NCBI GenBank assembly: GCA_964019335.1
Contig: OZ025665.1
Location: 62,001 to 126,000, forward strand
Direction of reading: 5' to 3'
DNA: 64,000 bases
DNA from: Diplonema japonicum
Lineage: Eukaryota; Protista; Euglenozoa: Diplonemea
The notes under the pieces are model-generated. The model saw only the letters and a program-made list of their open reading frames with translations, did no database searches and was not told the origin of the DNA. The position numbers were made by a program, and so were the translations under genes. Shown here in pieces: positions 59,742-64,000 of this stretch. Position 1 is the stretch's first letter. Each line of letters starts with the position of its first letter.

Positions 59742-59920
59742 TAGGGCTATGCTGGCATGGAAACGCGTTTCCATGCATTCTTTGAAAAAAAGGGAAACGG
59801 ATACGGAAACGGAAACGGAAACGTTTCCTTGTGTTTCCTTAAGAAGGAAGCCGTTTCCATAAGAATTTTGAAAAGTATGGAAACGGAAACGTTTCCACGT
59901 TTCCTGCCAGCATAGCCCTG
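59742..59920. mobile_element. hAT-like MITE (179 bp) with TAGGGCTATGCTGGCA / TGCCAGCATAGCCCTG TIRs and GGAAAC(GG) subterminal repeats
   Basis: 15-bp perfect inverted match; YAGGG termini typical of hAT; about ten GGAAAC/GTTTCC motifs. Confidence 0.8.
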
Positions 59921-60556
59921 GGGGGGGGGGGGGGGGGCGTATTTGCGAGAGAATATACATTTCTTTTCCTTCTTTCCTTTATTAAGACCTTTGTTGCTGT
60001 ATGTTTCTTCCCTTTTTCTCCTCTGAAGTAATTAACAGGACCACGCAACCACAGGAAAGAAAAAGAGGAAGCAGTCGAAATCCTAAGAGTGTTGTCAAGA
60101 AATATTTAAAAGAACTTGGCTTCGAGAATCCATTCAAAGAATAGCAATAGTATATAAAGAATGAATGGAATGGGAAATGAAGAAGAAGGAGACCTTTCTA
60201 TTCTCTATTTGTATTTGGTTTCACGGTTTCATAGGTAAATAAAAGTTCACTAGTTCCTTAAGAACCTCAAATTCTTCTCCTCTTCTTTCTTCCATCCACT
60301 CATTCAAAAGAGAAGAAGAAGATAACAAAAAAAAAAAAGCTGCCCCTTCTCAACGAGAGGGGTCTACCGGATATTGCTGCATTATTTGTGCCCCCTTTTT
60401 TTATAAGGGGCTTATTAGATATGGAAAGAAGGGATAAGGAAGAGACCTGGAACAAATGGCCCTTACAATACGGGGGAGAAAAAAAAATCCAACCATCCCC
60501 GCTCTATCCGTTCAGACTCCAGTGGTCATGTAAGGAGTCAATGGGGAGAAAGGCAC

Positions 60557-62468
60557 TCACCCACCTTCTGAGAGAGCCACCTGCGAGCCAGTCGGGCTCA
60601 CGGGGCCCAGTTTTGCTTTGCAGATTGGACAGGACCGCCCATAACTCTCGAAGTACTCCAACGCACAAGCCTCATGAAAGACGTGTGAACAAACAGGGAG
60701 CACAGCCATAACTTCGCCCGTTTCGTATTTATCCAGACATATAACACACGACGCAGTACAATCTGCTTCCTCTGCAACCCGGCTCTGAAAATGTATGCAC
60801 GTGAGTTGTCTTTCATACCTTCAGAGCAGCCATCTCTTTGCTGCTTGCACCAGGTTTGACAACAACATCTTCCATGGAGAGACGCAACAGGGCTGAGTAG
60901 TGTTCCGGCCTGTTGGTGTGTGATTATAAAAAAGTACCCCGTGAGGGATTCGAACCCTCAACCTTTGGATTAGAAGTCCAACGCGCTATCCGTTGCGCCA
61001 ACGGGGCTGATGACCTCTTGGCCGGGGGTTGGTGAATATATATTTATGTGACAGAGAGCGAAATACACACTAATAAAGACAAAGGAGAGAAAGACAACAA
61101 GGTGTTCGCAACAGAACCAACGATGGTCCAGTGTGGGAGACGAGATTGCGGTATGCCATCATCGAATGGGTGAAAATTTGTGTCCCAAAGAAAAAAATAA
61201 AAATCGTCATACCCAAACTGTCCATTGAGGGAGGCAACATAGAGCTTCAAAGTAGGAATGTCCATTGCAGATATGGCACGTTCCCACTGTTCTAAGCGGG
61301 CAGCACGCCTCTTTTCTCGGATGCGGCGGCGGTCGGAAGGGTCTCGCCGCCTGGCGGTTTGTGTAGGAGCTGAGGCGGATGACGCTGTGGTGCGTGCAGA
61401 AGAGTAGCGTGGGATAACCCTTGCAGCACTGCCCCGCCGCTGAGTTGCGGACGGCCGTCGTTTCTCTTTCGGTTGTTGGGCTTCCTTCACAACCCGGGAG
61501 ACAACGACAAGCGGTGCTGGGGTGGGGGGAGGGGATTCAACCATTTCAACTACCTGCTCAACACCTACACGCATCCGCTCTCGTTCCAGTTCTCTCTCTT
61601 CGGCTTTTCGTCTGTCACCGACGACCCGTGCAGACGCAATAGCTCCACACATCACGATGATAGCGTGTGTTTCTTCCTCACTGGGGAGCCTCGACAGGCC
61701 GGCGTTTGTGGATGCAAGCACAAGAAGAGCAGCGGCTGCTGCAGCTGTCTCTGTATGCAGTCTTGCACGGAGGCCTCGGATGAGAATCACGAGGGATTCC
61801 TCTTGTACCTTGGTGACGCGTGCAGCAACGATCGTTTCTGTTGCCGTGTACGCCAGTGCTGCCCCGCAAAGAGTAAGCATCGTTACCTGAATCGATCCAG
61901 GTTCGATTCTTGACGGGCCCGCGTTCTTCTTCCTCTGCGGTGTCACGGTGGCGATGGTGTTGTTGCTGCTTTTCTCCATTTTCTTTTGGACGACCCCACT
62001 TGCCTCTCGCCAGTCTTTCAGTAGCTCTGACACCCCGTATGGGTTTCGTCTCACTTCTTGTATATTCTTCAGTGCTTCGGAAAGGCATAGAAGGTCAGAC
62101 TCGAGTATGGGTTTCCTGTTCGGCGTGCACACGGGGCGCCCACTGTCGCCAGAAGGCGAGTGGACTGTTCGTTGCTGAATTTCCAAGAGAGGGATCATTC
62201 TACCCAGTCTTTTATTTGCCTTTGCTGTTAGGGAACACAATGAGTTGCTTTTTTGCCATATGCAAGGAAGGGGCGGTGCCACTGGGCTGGCCTTACTTGG
62301 GTGTGGCTCAATGCCTCTACGCACAGTGGCGCTTGCCACCACTCTGCCTCCATATGGTATAGGTGCGGCTCCCCGTCTTACTGGCTGAGCGCTCACTACG
62401 CCTCGCCTCCCGTGGTACCTGCCGTTCCCTTCGTTGCTGTGCACCAGCGGGAGCAAGGAAGTCCTCAT
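60557..62468 (-). CDS. RING-H2 E3 ubiquitin ligase, ~524 aa; exons 61213-62468, 60819-60909, 60557-60784
   Basis: Splicing GG|GTATGA..AACAG|G and AAG|GTATGA..TTCAG gives NGQFGPEHYSALLRLSMED..GASSKEMAAL..CVICLDKYETGEVMAVLPVCSHVFHEACALEYFESYGRSCPICK, a C3H2C3 RING with the typical upstream YxxLLxL motif. The RING is not visible in the ORF track. Confidence 0.85.
60935..61007 (-). tRNA. tRNA-Arg (TCT), intronic
   Basis: GCCCCGT/ACGGGGT acceptor stem, TTGGA-CT-TCT-AA-TCCAA anticodon arm, GAGGG-TTCGAAT-CCCTC T arm; followed by CTTTTTT. Confidence 0.95.
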
Positions 62469-62706
62469 CCCCCCCACGTTATTTTTGACTGCCCCACTTT
62501 TTTTCTTTTTTGCTTTTTGCGCCACCAACCTGTATTTTAAAAAGCTTCACTTTGTTGACGCTGGGGGTTGTAACTGAAAAGAAGAAGAAGAAGAAGAAAA
62601 GGAAAACAAAAAAAAAAAAAAAAAGAAAAAAAAAAAACAAAAAAAAAACTTTGGACCTGATTTCTTTTTTCCTTATTCTTTTTCTGTCCCCCTTTTTTTT
62701 TTGAGG

Positions 62707-62915
62707 GGTAAAAGTACAAAATTGAGGACCCTAACTTTTTAAGAATGTGCAACCCTTGCAACTCCCAACTTTCAAAAAAGTGCAGATAAAAAAACTGGGG
62801 ACCCCAACCTTCTTTAGGAGGTCAATTTTGAAAGTTTGGGGTGCAAGGTTGGTACCTTTTTAAAAAACTGGGGAGCAAATTGTGCTTTCTGCAAAAGGTG
62901 GTTTTGTACTTTACC
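62707..62915. mobile_element. Degenerate foldback (MITE-like) palindrome, ~210 bp
   Basis: GGTAAAAGTACAAAA versus TTTTGTACTTTACC at the ends; inner arms CCTTGCAACTCCCAACTTTCAAAA versus TTTTGAAAGTTTGGGGTGCAAGG. Confidence 0.6.
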
Positions 62916-63102
62916 ATCTTCTTTTTCTTTCTCTCCCCTCTTTCGTTTTTTATTTCTTGACACGGTGAGTAGGTGGGAAAAAAAAAAAAAAAAAAAAAAA
63001 AAAGAGATTTTTCTTTTTTTGTCTAAGACAATTGTTTGTTTTCTAGAGTGGTGCATATGAAGATGTGGGCTGAAAACCTCTAAAAATCTTTTTCTTTATA
63101 TG

Positions 63103-63379
63103 AGCTCGTCCGGAAAAAAAAATGTCCGTTTTTTTTTAGCAAAAAAAAAAAAAAAAAAAGGGCAGCATGCAATTATTTATTGTGTATCTGTTGCCGTTCT
63201 TTCAATTGCGATGCTTATTAGCAAAAAACAGAGAATTTCCGAATGCCAAAAAGAACCGCCATGGTGCACACACTTGGACGGCATTCTGCATACAAAGTGG
63301 TGTCGGACTACATTTCTACTTAGAAATTTAACGGAGTTTTGCCGCTGCAGTAAAGGTGACATTCTTTTCCGGACGAGCT
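63103..63379. mobile_element. MITE with AGCTCGTCCGGAAAA(A/G)AATGTC inverted repeats (~277 bp)
   Basis: 15-bp perfect TIR extending to about 22 bp (63103-63126 versus 63358-63379); non-coding interior. Confidence 0.7.
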
Positions 63380-63444
63380 TATTTTCCTTCCTTGCAGGGG
63401 GATGCAAGTTTTGGAAATAGCACAGCGAGAAGAGGGGGGAAAAG

Positions 63445-63492
<48 letters not shown>

Positions 63493-64000
63493 GATAAGCT
63501 TATTCAACAGAAAAGTATCCCCACTGTACGTTATCCCTACGGAACGGTATTCTAATTGTTCTTTTTTCTTTCCCTCCCTCCCTTCTTTTTTTTATTTTTT
63601 TTTCCTTCGTTCATACTTTCCCAACAGGGAGAAAGCCTCGCAGAATCCAAAACACGGGGGGGGGGGGAGAAATTAACAAGTGAAAATACCGGCATATTTT
63701 TCGGTGTGCTTGTTAGCGCCCACCAGCCAAAAAAAAAAAAAAGAAAAAAAAAAAAAAAAAAAAAAAAACACCACAGGGACAAAACAATATAAAAAAAATA
63801 GAGTCTAGTTCCAGGAATGGATCCTTGGTACTAGTGATGATTTTCTTCTTCGTTTTTTTTTTTTTTTTTTTTTTTTTTTTCCTTCTCTTCTTCGGCAACC
63901 GAAAACTAAGCGGGGAGAAATGGAGTAAGGTTCTTTTCTTTCCCCCCTCCTCCTTCTCTTCTTTTTTTTTCTTATTTTTACCCATTTGAATGACACGTAA

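Noticed and set aside
62290-62330. 2A-like ribosome-skipping peptide (VRRGIEPHPS) in the RING gene N-terminus
   Set aside because: Lacks the essential NPG-P; reads HPS, or HPT if a possible 72-nt GTAAGG..CTAACAG intron is removed. The ORF is a host E3 exon, not a retroelement.
62510-64000. Poly-K/poly-F ORFs in spacers here and elsewhere
   Set aside because: Translation artefacts of A/T homopolymer tracts.

Overview
Eukaryotic (protist) genomic DNA, probably a euglenozoan such as a diplonemid. This is inferred from about 20 co-directional minus-strand genes, an AG acceptor just upstream of many ATGs, tiny 33-51 nt GT-AG introns and PDZ-containing proteins. I reconstructed 31 introns by hand, and every spliced model closes in frame. 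Genes include an ATRX/SNF2 helicase, a WDR54-like protein, a ferric reductase, a TMEM230-like protein, an AZUL-HECT E3, a WW-OTU deubiquitinase, ALDH3, an LSD1 zinc-finger protein, a His/Lys-repeat protein, a CCCH-WWE-PBZ-pseudoPARP (ZAP-like), UAP1, a REJ/EGF receptor, a RING-H2 E3 and a ~5,920-aa RNF213-like AAA+ giant. Main observation: the only two long introns found (3,311 and 303 nt) each hold an intact sense-strand tRNA gene (Val-TAC in the RNF213-like gene, Arg-TCT in the RING-H2 gene) close to the 3' splice site. The third tRNA (Asn-GTT) sits a similar distance upstream of a probable acceptor. A 5'-truncated RLE-type non-LTR retrotransposon lies ~67 bp upstream of the intronic tRNA-Val. 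Five MITE/foldback elements are also present.
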